Shown here one piece after another: positions 26,853 through 41,130 of a stretch of DNA of 64,000 bases. Under the pieces are notes generated by a model. That model was not told the DNA's origin. It saw only the letters and a list, made by a program, of their open reading frames with translations, and made no database searches. The stretch lies in contig NC_043009.1 in NCBI RefSeq assembly GCF_006345805.1, forward strand, positions 38,316,001-38,380,000, given 5' to 3'. The stretch is from Octopus sinensis (taxonomy: Eukaryota). The position numbers and the translations under genes were made by a program. Position 1 is the stretch's first letter. The number at the start of each line of letters is the position of its first letter.

Positions 26853-28329
26853 TATATATATATATATATATATGAAATAGAAGCTGACGTGATATTAGGT
26901 TATTTTTTAAATCTAGACTACGGGGTTACTGAGCTCACAATTTTAGGAAGTCTTAGAGGAATTTAAAAAGGAGTAAAAGGAAAGGAGAGAGAAAAAAATT
27001 TATCCAAAGGAATTTTGAATCCTGATAAGGAATGTAAGTTTGATTCAGCATACTTACTTCGGCGTCATGTTTCTGTCTTTCATTGAAACACGTTTCATTA
27101 GGCGAATGAATGTATAGAAATCGCCTGCTTTCTCCAATTGCTGTGCCGATATCTTGTTATAGAATATATACAAATAGAAACATTTAAAGGACACACCAAC
27201 ATTGTTATTTATTCCTCAAAACTTGCGTGTATATAATACATTAAATGTATAAAAAAGATGTACAATGTGTGTATGGTTATTTACACACATACGAATATAT
27301 ATATATGCATCTATGTATGTACGTACGTGCATATATATGTGTATATATATATATATAAATACACATAGGCTATAAGACGATAACGCTACCGACAGGCTAA
27401 AAGAGAAATAAAAGGTCTGAAAAAATGGCTGAAGACATTTATAACACGCGCACATATGTAGGCATTTTTATAAACATATATTCGGTTATCTAAAAAGAAT
27501 ATCTCGGGAATTGTAGGTGAAAATCATCAGAGGCTAGCTATTAATTCATACCTTCCCTGTCGAACTACAATAACGTCAGGCAATTCATTATTTTAAAGTA
27601 ATTTTATTTCCCCCTTTAATCGAATAAAACTTATATGAAACTATAACGATGGCTAACACGCAACCCGGATTTCTGTTTATATATAACAGTCGCATGTAGT
27701 ATGTGTGGTTTTGATGATTCTGTCTAATCTAATCTAATTTTATCATATCTTTCAGAATTCTTTAGAACTATAAAGCTTTCAAACGTGTATGTGATACATT
27801 CATCGATTTTGAACTGTTTCAAAGTCGCATGCAATAAAAATGGATGATAAATGATTATAAAATATATTTTTAACTCTTGAAAACTGAATTGAATAGAACA
27901 TTAAAGAATGGCTTTTGTCTTAAATGTTGCTACATTCTACGGTCTGTTTGAGAAGCGGTGTACAGGATAAGTGTATACGGAACATACACCAATAAGTAAG
28001 AGCGATTTTATTCGTAGGCTTTTAAGTTTACCATTCTCAAATTTATATTATTTCAATCAACTGCATTTAGATTCTAGATAATATTATCACCGTTTATATT
28101 ATTCCAAATAGAAGTCTAAACTTTTGAAATGTTGGCTCAATTTAGCTCCTCAGCACTTATATATATATATAAGTTTTACGCGGAATATAGTTTTACGTGG
28201 ACTATTTCGTTTGCTTGAAATATTATGTCCATGCAGGCTGCTCTACTTAGACGTTGCTTAATAAATGTGTTTAACCATTTGCCTGTTCTGTGTATCATAC
28301 GTGATCAAAAAATGATCAAGTGTCTTTCC

Positions 28330-28560
28330 CCGAGTAATAGCCTCATAGGGCCAGTTTCCCGGATTTTGTGGCATATATATTCCCCTGCACTGCATGGGAC
28401 TCTCATCCATCGCAGGATTACTTATATTTGCCAGCTAAGTGAACTGGAGCCAGGGGAAGCGAAATGTTTTGCTCAAGAACACAACGTATCACTCAGTCCA
28501 GGAATTGAAACCACAATCTTGTGATCATGAGTGCAATATCCTAAACAATAAGCCACGCGA
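28330..28560 (-). mobile_element. Decayed tRNA SINE with a GAAACTGGCCCTATGAG-type tail
   Basis: Minus strand: GTGGCTTATTG...GTTTCAATTCC head, TGTTCTTGAGCAAAAC, and a tail similar to that of the 12390 family. Confidence 0.65.
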
Positions 28561-28775
28561 TCCACATTACATGTAATACACAGGACATAACATATTTTCT
28601 TGACGTCCATGCATCATATATGATACACTTCCCATTTTTTTTCAACTACCATAGTAACTTCGGTCTTATGAAAGGAAAGCTTTATATGACTCAGAACTTA
28701 AGACACAAGGGCTGACAAAATGTCTGTAAACAAACATAGTTATTCAGAACAAACTTATGAATATAATTTGGACAA

Positions 28776-29135
28776 AGGCGGCGAGCTGGCAGAAACGTTA
28801 GCACGCCGGGCGAAATGCTTAGCAGTATTTCGTCTGCCGTTACGTTCTGAGTTCAAATTCCGCCGAGGTCGAGTTTGCCTTTCATCCTTTCGGGGTCGAT
28901 AAATTAATTACCAGTTGCATACTGGGGTCGATCTAATATTTAAAGGCGGCGAACTGGTAGAAACGTTAGCACGCCGGGCGAAATTCTTAGCGGTATTTCA
29001 TCCGTCTTTACGTTCAACTTTGCCTTTCATCCTTTCGGGGTCGATGAATTAAGTACCAGTTGCATACTGGGGTTCGATCTAATCGACTGGCCCATTCCCC
29101 CCAAATTTCGGGCCTTGTGCCTAGAGTAAAAAAGA
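28776..29135 (+). mobile_element. Head-to-tail tRNA-SINE dimer
   Basis: Two AAAGGCGGCGA(G/A)CTGG heads at ~28776 and ~28942. Both units share CCAGTTGCATACTGGGGT(T)CGATCTAAT; the first is truncated there. Confidence 0.8.
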
Positions 29136-29200
29136 ATATGCTTTGGACATGTAAAAGATTAAAAAAGCAAGTTCCACAGAACACGTACTACTATGTAAAA

Positions 29201-29360
29201 TACCGTATTTACTCATATATAAATCGCCCCACTAACTCTAGGTTACAAAATATTTTCCTTTCATAGTTTTAGCTTTACCTCGGATATGCGTGGCACCACC
29301 CGCTTATCCAGTTAAAATCAGGTATAGAAGAGCATGACTTATACACGAACTAATTCGGTA
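29201..29360. mobile_element. Possible old Tc1/pogo-type MITE
   Basis: Left end TACCGTATTTACTCATATATAAATCG and right end TGACTTATACACGAACTAATTCGGTA are complementary at about 18 of 26 positions, with TA termini. Confidence 0.4.
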
Positions 29361-30473
29361 TGCGAAACATTGGTAGCACAACTACGAAATAAATATTTTT
29401 TAGACTCATTTATAAAACAGTATTTCTTTTAACTGGAGAATAAAATTAAAACTGTCTTTACTAAAATAAAAGACCAAAGCATAAACAAAAAGAAAGAAAA
29501 ACTCAAAAAGAAATTATTTCAAGTGTTTACGTCAAACTTCGCTTTTTATTTCAACGGAAAAATCAATAACTCCTTAATTATTACACTACTGTTCGATATT
29601 AGTTGTCCATTGATAGTGTCACTTGAACAGCTTTTATCACCGAACTGTTGACATATATAATGAATGCTACGTCCCCTCTTGTTTCTTTTTCCTCTTCTAT
29701 TATTTCATACGACCAAATTCTATAGAAACTCTGAGATATTCAAACAAACCATATTTGAATATTTGACCAAGCTTCAAGGAGGTTTTGCGTTGAGTATCAG
29801 GTCAATCTGTTGTAAGTTTTGTGGGATAAGAAATGAAATAGTAAAAAGCGACGAAATATTTTTCTAGCAGCTTAGAAACAAAATTACTGATGCCGTCAAA
29901 TACTGGCAATCGCTAAGCAAATAAGCAAATGAACACTTCTTGTGTCTCGAGTAATAAAGCCAAGTGTTGTCGCATACATATATATATATATATACATACA
30001 TATATAGCTAGTGCTTGTTGTTTGTGATCGCAGTAAAAATGTCTCACTAAGTCAAGAGCTAAGTTTCTTATCACATTTCAGCCTGGGCCAATTTTGTTGT
30101 TTATGAGCTAGTTGGAGCTTTTTATGAGAGTAATTAATATTCATTGGACCTCGGTTTTCACACCTGGAACGGCATAAACATGGAAAATTAGCGGGACTGT
30201 GCACAGGCCATTAGTCAGACAAAAAAGGAGGCAGAAGAAAGCGAAAAACTCGAATTTGGATGCAAAATAACTTATGGGCATACGGGGTCGGTTTATCGAT
30301 TATTTCAATGGCTTTCTAGGGTGACTGGAGAAATAAAAAAGATCTTCAACGACCACTCTCAGACAGCCCAAGGAAAATGCGAGCGTTTTACGTGAAAAAC
30401 TGGATTTGTATAAAGGGCACACAGACACAGAGTACACCAGACACACACACACAACACACACACACCAACACAC

Positions 30474-30516
<43 letters not shown>

Positions 30517-30587
30517 GTGGGGGTTGGGTGTGTGGTGTTATATAATATGTGTGTGTATAAATATATATATATAATATATGTTATATG

Positions 30588-30620
<33 letters not shown>

Positions 30621-30720
30621 ATGAAATAAATATACCTGCAGAATAAGAGAATAAAAGTTGAAATAACGAAACACCCAGTCTTACATATAACGATGGATAT
30701 ATTAAATATTAGTGTCTCTC

Positions 30721-31955
30721 ACACAAGGTTGTGCGGGAAAGTTCATAGAATGACTATGAAAGCGTGATGTTAGAGTTGAGAAATCTTGCATGCATTAATC
30801 TCATCTCTTATTAGTTATTGCATAGTTTCATTCCAGGTAATCTGACATTTGTCTGTTCAAAGAAGACTTCAAAAATAACTTGTAGCGACTTCTCTTGAAA
30901 ATCGACAAAATTTGGCGCCGCGGTGTGATCACGAAGCGTCAGAAAAAGGGTTTAACCCTGAAAAACATTCATGCTGACATGGTTGCTGTATTAGGGGATG
31001 ACCCTCCAGCTTTATTAAAAGTGCAAAAGGGGGTAGCAATATTTAGGTGGGAAAAGGAGAGTCTTGAAGATAACGCAAGGTCTAGACGTCCTGTAACTGA
31101 CACCACCGAAGAAAACATTTGCTGTGTCCCCTACATGCTAATGGACGACAGGCGATTGATTATAAATCAAATAGCCAATGCTATTAGCATATCCTGTAAG
31201 AGAGCTGAAAATATCGTGCACAATGAACTCGTCGTGACAAGAATGTCTTCTCGGTGGGTGCCACGTATTCTGACAACTGATCAGCGCACCAGGTTGATCA
31301 CATCACGGGAAAATTTGACATTATTCGCGGAAGGTCCTGCTGGTTTCTTTGAATATTTCCTTTAGACAGAGACGAAGAGACAATCCATGCAGTTGAAACA
31401 ACCGTCCTTACCTGCTTCAAAAAAGGCAAAGGCCGTTTCATCAGTAGAGAAGACGATGGCCTCATTTTTTTTTGGAATGCAAAAACCTTGTGTTCATTGA
31501 CTACCTTAAAAAGGTCACACCATCAATGGAGAGTAGTATAGCAACTTGTTGAGGCAGTTCCGAAAGGTTATCAACACCAAACGGCCGGGAAAACTGACGA
31601 AAGGGTTCTTGCTTCACGAGGAAAATGCTCTAACACACAAGTCCTTCGTTTCAAAGGCTACTGTGCATGACTGTAGCTTTAAACTGGTTGATCCCCTTCT
31701 CTACTCTCCTGATTTGGCTCCATTCGATTATCTTCTGTTCCCTAACAGGAAAAACCTTGGTTGGGAACTTGTATCACAGTGATGATGACGTATATATCTG
31801 CTGTTGATTAACTTTCTGACTAACAGGGTGAAAGCTTTTTTACTAATGGGATCCAAGCACTGCAATACCAATGGAAGAAGTGTGTGGACCACAACGGGAA
31901 CTATGTTGAAAACTAAACCTTATTTGGTCATTTGCCATGAGAGTATTTTGGTCAG
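30721..31955 (+). pseudogene. Near-full-length decayed mariner element
   Basis: ORF 30895-31365 carries the HTH region, EDNARSRRP and WVPRILT. ORF 31546-31782 carries LLHEENA and YSPDLAPFDY. Frameshifts present. Degenerate left end GGTTGTGCGGGAAAGTTCATAG; right TIR not found. Confidence 0.9.
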
Positions 31956-32406
31956 ATACTCTGTTGACGCTGGGAAAGCAGAATCCGCGGAGCGTCAAGC
32001 GATATTTCTTCTTGAGATCTTGTTCCTATGTTATGTGTTCAAATACTACCACTATCAATTTTTTAATTTTTTGTTTTTTTTTTAATTTTCCCAAATCAGT
32101 AAAATAAAATACCATTGAAGCACTGGGTCCGATATAATCGACTGTACGAAAATTTCGGGCCTTGAGGCTGTGTGAGGAATTATTAACGGTTTTATTTTTG
32201 GTAGCGAAAATGGGAAGCCAGACTGCAACCATCCTTGCATTTTATAATTACCTCCCTTTAGGTTCATCATTTTCAAATACTTAATAACAATAGAAAGTTT
32301 TAACAAGCATTCTCTCTGCCTCTCTTTGCCTCTCTCTGTCTCTCTCTTTCACACTCTTTCTCATAAACATTCTCTAACACATAAAACACACACAAACACA
32401 CAAACA

Positions 32407-32461
<55 letters not shown>

Positions 32462-32719
32462 ACACAAAAACACACAAAAATATGCCCTCACACATTCTCT
32501 CTCTTTTTCTTACCCTCAAGGAATATGCAGAAAAAGCAGAAAGCTTGAAGAATTGCCAGGTAAATATTCTTGCTGTATGCGAAGTTCAAAAGACACTGAT
32601 CTAGGAATTACCTATATTCTTCTCCGAGGAATGTTATCAATAAAATAAGTAAAAAGAAAGTTTTATAACAACTGCAAATCACTTTTTGGATTCGGTACAC
32701 AGGATATACAATCTCAACG

Positions 32720-32734
32720 GGAATGATGATGATG

Positions 32735-32811
<77 letters not shown>

Positions 32812-32842
32812 AAAAATAAAAATAAAAGTAATAATAATAATA

Positions 32843-32884
<42 letters not shown>

Positions 32885-32981
32885 ATGATGATAATAAATA
32901 AAAATAAAAGTAATAATAATAATAATAATAATAATAATTGTAAATAATATAATAACAATAATAATAATGATAATAATAATA

Positions 32982-33014
<33 letters not shown>

Positions 33015-33015
33015 T
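32720..33015. repeat. (AAT)n / (GAT)n compound microsatellite
   Basis: Direct reading. Confidence 0.95.
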
Positions 33016-33409
33016 TAAACTACAACAGTAAAATATAAAATAAAATAAAATAAATTAAAATAAAAAAGCAACAACAAGAAAACAACAACAATTTCTATAT
33101 AGACAAGAAGGTTCTAGATATACGGTATGCAAGGGTCTCGATATACGGTATACAGGAGAATTACAAAAACGTGTACGCATGTAATAAACAGAAAGGGGTG
33201 GGTGATGAAACACAATGCAATTAATGGGACATACTTCATTAGTAAAGTTGATCTCGGTGGGGTTCGAACCGCTATGCATTTTTTTTCTGACGCTCTAACG
33301 AATCTAGTGTGGCACATCACATGATTTCTAATTTATGCACATGGCCAGAAATTGTGAGACGCGAGATTTAGTTGATTGCATTGGTCGTAGTATTTTACAT
33401 TTACCCAGT

Positions 33410-33780
33410 AAGTGGAGGCGCAATGGCCCAGTGGTCGTAGGATCACGGTTTCGATTCCCAGACCGGGCGTTGTGAGTGTTTATTGAGCGAAAACACCTAA
33501 AGCTCCATGAGCTCCGGCAGGGGATGGTGGCGATCCCTGCTGTTACTCTTTCACCAAAAATTTCTCTCACTCTTATTCCTGTTTCTGTTGTACCTGTATT
33601 TCAAAGGGCCGGCCTTGTCACTCTCTGTGTCACGCTGAATATCCCCGAGAACTACATTAAGGATGCACGTGTCTGTGGAGTGCTCAGCCACTTACACGTT
33701 AATTTCACGAGCAGGCTGTTCCGTTGATTCGGATCAACCGGAACCCTCGTCGTCGTAACCGACGGAGTGCTTCCATACAC
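33410..33780 (+). mobile_element. tRNA SINE sharing its head with 12390 but with a different 3' half
   Basis: Shared TTTCGATTCCCA.ACCGGGCGTTGTG.GTGTTTATTGAGCGAAAACACC.AAAGCTCCA. The 3' part diverges into ...GGAACCCTCGTCGTCGTAACCGACGGAGTGC. Confidence 0.8.
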
Positions 33781-34074
33781 ACCCAGTAAGTTATCTTATC
33801 GACTTGGAAAGGGTTAAATGCAAAGTTTAATTGACCTCGGCGAGGATTTGAACGTAAACTGCTGGGGGAAAATGCTACAAAAGCAGCGTGTTCGTCGCTC
33901 TAACGATTCTGCTAAAGCGCTGGGACACAAACTTTCAGGAAAGATGCAGCGGATTTATTTTAACTGCAATATTTGGCTGTTACTAATTTTGTGGACCCTG
34001 GAGGGATAGAAGGTGAAGTCGTCCTCAGTAGGAGTCGATCGTATAAAAGCAAGGGGAGTGTAATTGAGTATCGT

Positions 34075-34507
34075 AAAGATGATGATGATGAGGAGGATAA
34101 AGGAGGATGATGAAGGTGATGATGATGATGATGGATGATGATGATGATGATGATGAAGGTGATGATGATGACGATGATGACGACGATGATGATAATGATG
34201 ATGATGATGATAACGATGACGGTGATGAAGCCAACAATGGGGACAACGCCAACAATGGCGACTACACCGACGCCGAAGATGATGACGACAACGACGATGA
34301 TGAAGACAACGATGACAACGACAACGATGATGATGATGATGATGATGACGATGCTGGCGATAACGACAACGACGAATAATGATGATTAACTTGATGACGA
34401 TGACGGTGTCTGATGATGATGATGATGATGATGATAATGAGGACGGTGATGAGAACGATCATGAAGATAAAGACGACGACGACGACGTTGGCGACAATGA
34501 TGATGAA

Positions 34508-34553
<46 letters not shown>

Positions 34554-34564
34554 GTGATGATGAA

Positions 34565-34648
<84 letters not shown>

Positions 34649-34742
34649 AACGACGTCGATGATGGCGATGATGATGATAACGAGGACGATGATGGCGATG
34701 ATAGTGATGATGAAAATGACGGCGATGATGATAATGATAACG
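34075..34742 (+). repeat. Long degenerate (GAT)n tract (poly-Asp in one frame)
   Basis: GAT with GAC/AAC/AAT/GGT/GGC/GAA variants. Frame shift near 34133 and in-frame TAA at 34377-34379. Confidence 0.9.
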
Positions 34743-35239
34743 TCATTCGAAGGCTAAAATCAATACCTTTATTTCACTACAATAGTGTGAGTGAGATAAA
34801 TAACAGGCAATATCTATAGATATCTGAAAAATGATCGGATATATTGCCTTGAGAACAGATTAAATACCACAGATTGACCGAGCGAACTGAGAACTTTGCT
34901 ACTAACAGGTAAATTATTTCTTCAGCTTTATAGAGAAAACGATATACAAACCATATGGTTGCATGTCTCGGCAATAAATGATTCCTTGACACAACTTCTC
35001 TTTCTTGATCAATGGAATGTTCATGGTTGGCAGCAGTAGCAGAGAAAATAGTCATCTGTTATCTGTATGAAGAATTTAATATAACTTTGGAAAGCAACAC
35101 TGTTTTAGGCGCCGAAAAGACAAAAGCGTTGTCATACGAATAATCTTTGGAAAAGATAGCGACATTATGAATAATATAATAGTTATAAAGTTAATGTTTG
35201 GTGTGGAAGTATAATTTATTATAAACATGTTTCAACAAA

Positions 35240-35298
<59 letters not shown>

Positions 35299-35521
35299 AA
35301 AGATAGATCAAATTTTTTTTTCCTCTCCCCCTTTTTCTTTAACCCCCCTTTTTTTGTCCCCTTTCTCTCCTTTTACGATCCCTTTTGATCGAAACTCCCC
35401 TTCCTTTTTTTTTTTTTAAACCTTCAAAAGAAAAGCTCTACCTTGTAATTTGTTCTATCTGTGTGCAGCCCTGTGTGGCTAATAAAGAAACATATCTATC
35501 TATAAAGATATATATATGTAT

Positions 35522-35565
<44 letters not shown>

Positions 35566-35683
35566 ATATATATATTATATTATAATATAATATATATATA
35601 CATATGTATATGTACACGCACACAAATATACACATAAATGCATACACACACATATGTTAATTATATATCTATATATATATATA

Positions 35684-35720
<37 letters not shown>

Positions 35721-35734
35721 ATATATATATATAT

Positions 35735-36130
35735 ACGGCGTAGCTGCGGGGTAAAAGAGATTGGTTCGCAACCACGTGGTTCCGAGTTTAATCTCAGTGC
35801 GTGGTACCATGGGCAAATGTCTTCTAAGAAAAACTCGAGCTGACCAAAGCCATGTGAACGGTAGCTGGAAACTGAAAGAAGTATGTCGTCTATATTCATG
35901 TATATCTCTCTGTCTGTGTGTCCTTTAGTCCGTATTTGCCCCCTACCGCTCTTTGACAACCGGTACGGGTGTGTTTACGCCCCCCCCATAACTTAGCGGT
36001 TCGGCAAACAGAGTCCGATAGAATTAGTACCAGACTTTAAAAAGATAAGTCGATTGGTTCGATAAAATTCTTCAATGCGGTGCACCAGCATGACCGTGGT
36101 CTAATAACTGAAACAAATAAAAGATAAAAG
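35735..36130 (+). mobile_element. Diverged CORE-like tRNA SINE copy
   Basis: Head CGGCGTAGCTGCGGGGTAAAAG...GTTCCGAGTTTAATCTC, ending AACTGAAACAAATAAAAGATAAAAGA. Confidence 0.7.
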
Positions 36131-36317
36131 ATGCGCGTGCGCTCACACACACACACACACACAAAGAATAAGGAGAAAATGGAGATGTAATTAATAAAAT
36201 ATTTATTAATTATAAAATAGGACAACATCTCTGCGCATGGATTGGTAACTAACTAGTATATTCATTGGATTTTATGATTCCCTTATGAGGTTTATAACTT
36301 TTATTTGAATTTATGAA

Positions 36318-36362
<45 letters not shown>

Positions 36363-37620
36363 AAAAACACACAAATATACACATATGTTATATATGTATA
36401 TGTGTATGCATACATGCAGTGTCTGTATTAAAACTACTAAGCGTTCTTATAGCGATTCGAGTTCCATGTTTCAGCAATGTACTTGCTTATACATTGATAC
36501 ATTCATACATATACATGCTTCTATAAAAGAAAATATATAATATAATATATATATGTATGTGTGTTTATTATATATGTAGTGAGTAGAAAAAACAAAAGGA
36601 AAAAAGCAGTCAACACATTACTAGGAGTTATATTCTTATTTAACAGTTTGATTCGGCTCTGTGTGACTTAAGGTTTCGCAGGCTTCTAACTGAATCCTAG
36701 CTCATTCAAGTCCAGTTAACCGAATGAAGAGATACAGGGTATCTAAGATGGCTACTGGAAGCTGGGCTGCTACTGTTTAAGGTGGGCCACATAGTATTGT
36801 TAGAAGATCGCCCTCAGCGACACCAGATGAATTAGGAGAGAAAATTCTTGGAACACATATGACTGAACAGGAATCTGGTAGCCGGCCATTGAGGGGCTTG
36901 CAGGCCGATGTGTGTGTGTGTATGGGTATATGTCAACTATGCGTCTGTGTACGGGATGTGTGTGTATGTGTAAGCATGCGGATGAGAGCTGGACTTTGGT
37001 GAGGGCTGATGGCATCAACTCGCTGATGTGTTGCTAAGGTGTGTTTTCGTATGGGTACGTGCATATCAGCTGCGTGTGTGCGCGTATGAATGTTGCTATT
37101 GTGGTGAACCTGTCCTGAATGTGAGTGTTTAACAATGATATATACATACATACATACATACATACATACATACATACATACATACATACACACACACATA
37201 TATATGTATATATATATATAATGTATGTATGCCTGTATGTATATATGTATATATATATAAATAATATATGTATGCCTGTATGTATATATATATATATATA
37301 TGTATATAATGTATGTATGTATACACACACACACACATAATATATACGCGCGTATGCGCTCTTTCGCGTGTTTATGTTTGTATCTATACCGCTTGATGAC
37401 CAGTGATAGTTTGTTTACGTCACCGTAAGTTGGCGGTTTGGCAAGAAGGCTTTTAGGAAACGTACAAAATAATTTTTAAAAAAAGACAAAACAAAAGAAG
37501 AAAGACATATGTACTCAAGCCAATTTATTCGATTACACCTTTCAGCCTTGCACTCCGCATAACCGCAATACAAGGATTGACACATGCAAAAGAGTAAGTA
37601 CATGTTTTATATACTATATA

Positions 37621-38011
37621 TCTTTATATAAAAGTAAGGTTGTGTGTCTGTCTCCTACGATTTAGATTCCTAACTACTCCCACATTTTGCGGTGCAGTTT
37701 AACAAAAACGGGTATCTTATAGTCGTGATTCATATCGCCCTTCTGGGTATTAGTGCGGTCTACGATGAGTCTACGATTTTAAAAATAATTTACCATCATT
37801 TTTTTTTTCATTGTAATGCATTTTTTCGCTAGTATATAAGGAAGTGACTCTCTAAAAATGTCTACGATGAGTCAACGATTTAAAAAAAAATTTACCCAAT
37901 TTTTTTTCCATTTTTAATGCATTTTTTGGCTATTTTTTGGCTATAACTCTCTAAAAATCCTTATATAGTTATTTCCCTACGAACCCGAGCAACGCCGGGC
38001 GATACGCCTAG
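37621..38011 (+). mobile_element. Non-autonomous Helitron (391 bp)
   Basis: Starts TC (37621), has a subterminal GC hairpin CCCGAGCAACGCCGGG, and ends CTAG (38008-38011). Inserted between A and T with no TSD. Internal diverged tandem duplication beginning TCTACGATGAGTC. Confidence 0.8.
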
Positions 38012-38132
38012 TATATATATATATTATATATAATAGAAATATGTTACAAAAAGAAAATAGAAACTACACGTGGTAATGTAAAGGGAAAGTAAGAAAAATC
38101 AATGTGCATTTTCGTTGATTTTTCATACTTTC

Positions 38133-38173
<41 letters not shown>

Positions 38174-38557
38174 TATATATTGTGTGTGTGTGGGTGTGTG
38201 GGTGTGTTTAAAATTAAAATGAGGGTGAAAAGTTGGATATTAATTTGATAATACCAATTTAACACCAGTGGTCTAGCATATTAAAAAACTGAGGTTCAGT
38301 CAATTGTATTACGTACATATGTGAGGGATTACCACATTTCTTAGTGGTAAGACTAACCGGATCTACTTCTAGCATTTTTTTTTTCTCTATTTTGTTGCAC
38401 ACGCGCATTTTTGCTAATACATACGCGGTGAAGCTACACATTAGCGTCGTATTTTTACGTTCGCTATTTCCAGTAAATATCGGTACTTAGTTGTGCCATT
38501 TATTTACTAATTTGTGTATATATATATATATATATTATATATATATATATATATAGA

Positions 38558-38589
<32 letters not shown>

Positions 38590-38599
38590 AAGTTAATCC

Positions 38600-38790
38600 A
38601 AACAAGAAAACAAAAACAAAAAAAACAACAACGCAAGGACGTGGAACAAATAAAGTATTATTGGATGCTCAGGAAAGAAGGGAAGAAGGAAGGCTGACGT
38701 TTCGAGCGGAGCTCTTCGTCGGAAACACAAGGAGAAGGAAAATCCCGAGAGGGAAGACAGGGGAAAAAAATCGCTAGTGATACAGACGAG
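38600..38790 (-). mobile_element. Penelope-like terminal-repeat fragment with a minimal hammerhead-like motif
   Basis: Minus strand 38726-38696 reads GTTTCCGACGAAGAGCTCCGCTCGAAACGTC: core CCGACGA, stem II GAGC/GCTC, GAAA, palindromic ACGT, and triplet GUC. Confidence 0.55.
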
Positions 38791-39499
38791 GCACACACAC
38801 ATATATATATATATAATATATATTATATATATATATAATATATATATATATAAATCTGAGAAATCTAAACGAAATTCACTGGGCAACACCGACAGCAACT
38901 AATGCTATTAACTCAAATGTACGGAACAGAGTTATGTCAACGACGAATTACGCAACAACATAAGCGGTCAGATGGTGTCACGTGAACAACACCGACAACA
39001 ATTCACAACAACAATAACAACCACCACCACCACCAATAACAGCAAAAACACAAACAATGCACGGTTCGTAATAACAATAACATTAACGAGAAGACTAACT
39101 TCAGCCAAATGCATCGAAGTTGACATAAGTTTCCCAAGAATTTACCATTAAATACATTTAGAGTTCTGAATAATTTCATTGATTCTTAGTGAAGTTTTGA
39201 AAGGAAAACTAGTGATTATTGATGTAATATATTCTCTGTGCGTTTGTGTCAAAGAGCCGGAACTAATATCAATATATGTTTGCTTCTCTGACTCTTCACT
39301 AACAGCCAGTCGTTCATGTTTGACATCGAATGTCACGGTTCAGCATACGTCTAATGAGGAGACTGTCTATAGCCTGTTCAAACTACTTTATTATACAAAT
39401 GTTTATTGCTAATTGAAAGTGGCGTTTCATTTGTGTAATACTGCATTCCTTAAAACAGAAATATTAAACCTACATTTTCTCTCTTCCATTTCGAAGCAT

Positions 39500-40270
<771 letters not shown>

Positions 40271-40737
40271 TGTATCTTCTTTTGCCTACCTGCAATTGTT
40301 TCAGTTATTGTACAGCGGCCATGCTGGAGCAAGGCTTTGAACATCTGGTACCTATTCTATCAGCCTCTTTTACCGAACCGCAAAGGAACAACTTAATGAA
40401 ACCAAGATTGGTTGTGAAACGTTAAGGGGACAAATAGAAACACGAATACACACAAACACACGCACACATATACACACACACGCTCACACACGCTCACACA
40501 CAAGGCTTAGGCGTGGATGCGTGGAAGGAAGTTTGATTCCCAAGCACATGCTTCCGGGTTCAGTCCCATTGCGTGGCACGTTGGACAAGTCCCTCCCACT
40601 ATAACCGAAATGAAAAGAAATCTGTCGTATATATATATATATTATAATATATATTAGTGTGTGTGTTTTGTTGTGTGTGTGTTGTGTGTGTGTGTGTGTG
40701 TGCGTGTATATATATATATATATTATATATGTATATA

Positions 40738-41130
40738 TAATCCGTTTGTCTGTCCTTGTTGTCCTCTCTGTGTTTAGCCCCTTGTGGGTAGTAAAGAAAT
40801 AGGTATTTCGTCTGTCGCTACGTTATGAGTTTAAATTCTGCCGAGGTCGACTTTGCCTTTCATCCTTTCGGGGTCGATTAAATAAGTACCAGTTACGCAC
40901 TGGGATCGATATAATCGACTTAATCTGTTTGTCTGTCCTTGTTTGTCCCCTCTGTGTTTAGCCCCTTGTGGGTAGTAAAGAAATAGGTATTTCGTCTGTT
41001 GCTACGTTCTGAGTTCAAATTCTGCCGAGGTCGACTTTGCCTTTCATCCTTTCGGGGTCGATTAAATAAGTACCAATTACGCACTGGTGTCGATGTAATC
41101 GACTTGCCCACTCCCCGCAAATTTCAGGCC
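40738..41130 (+). mobile_element. Tandem tRNA-SINE array (truncated tail B, B unit, tail-A unit)
   Basis: GTAAAGAAATA|GGTATTTCGTC junctions at 40802 and 40986. Confidence 0.9.

Noticed and set aside
31964-31998. 8-bp stem TTGACGCT/AGCGTCAA after the mariner remnant
   Set aside because: Too short to distinguish from chance.
39199-39225. Resemblance to miR-7 (GGAAAACTAGTGATTATTGATGT)
   Set aside because: Seed mismatch and no complementary star arm nearby.
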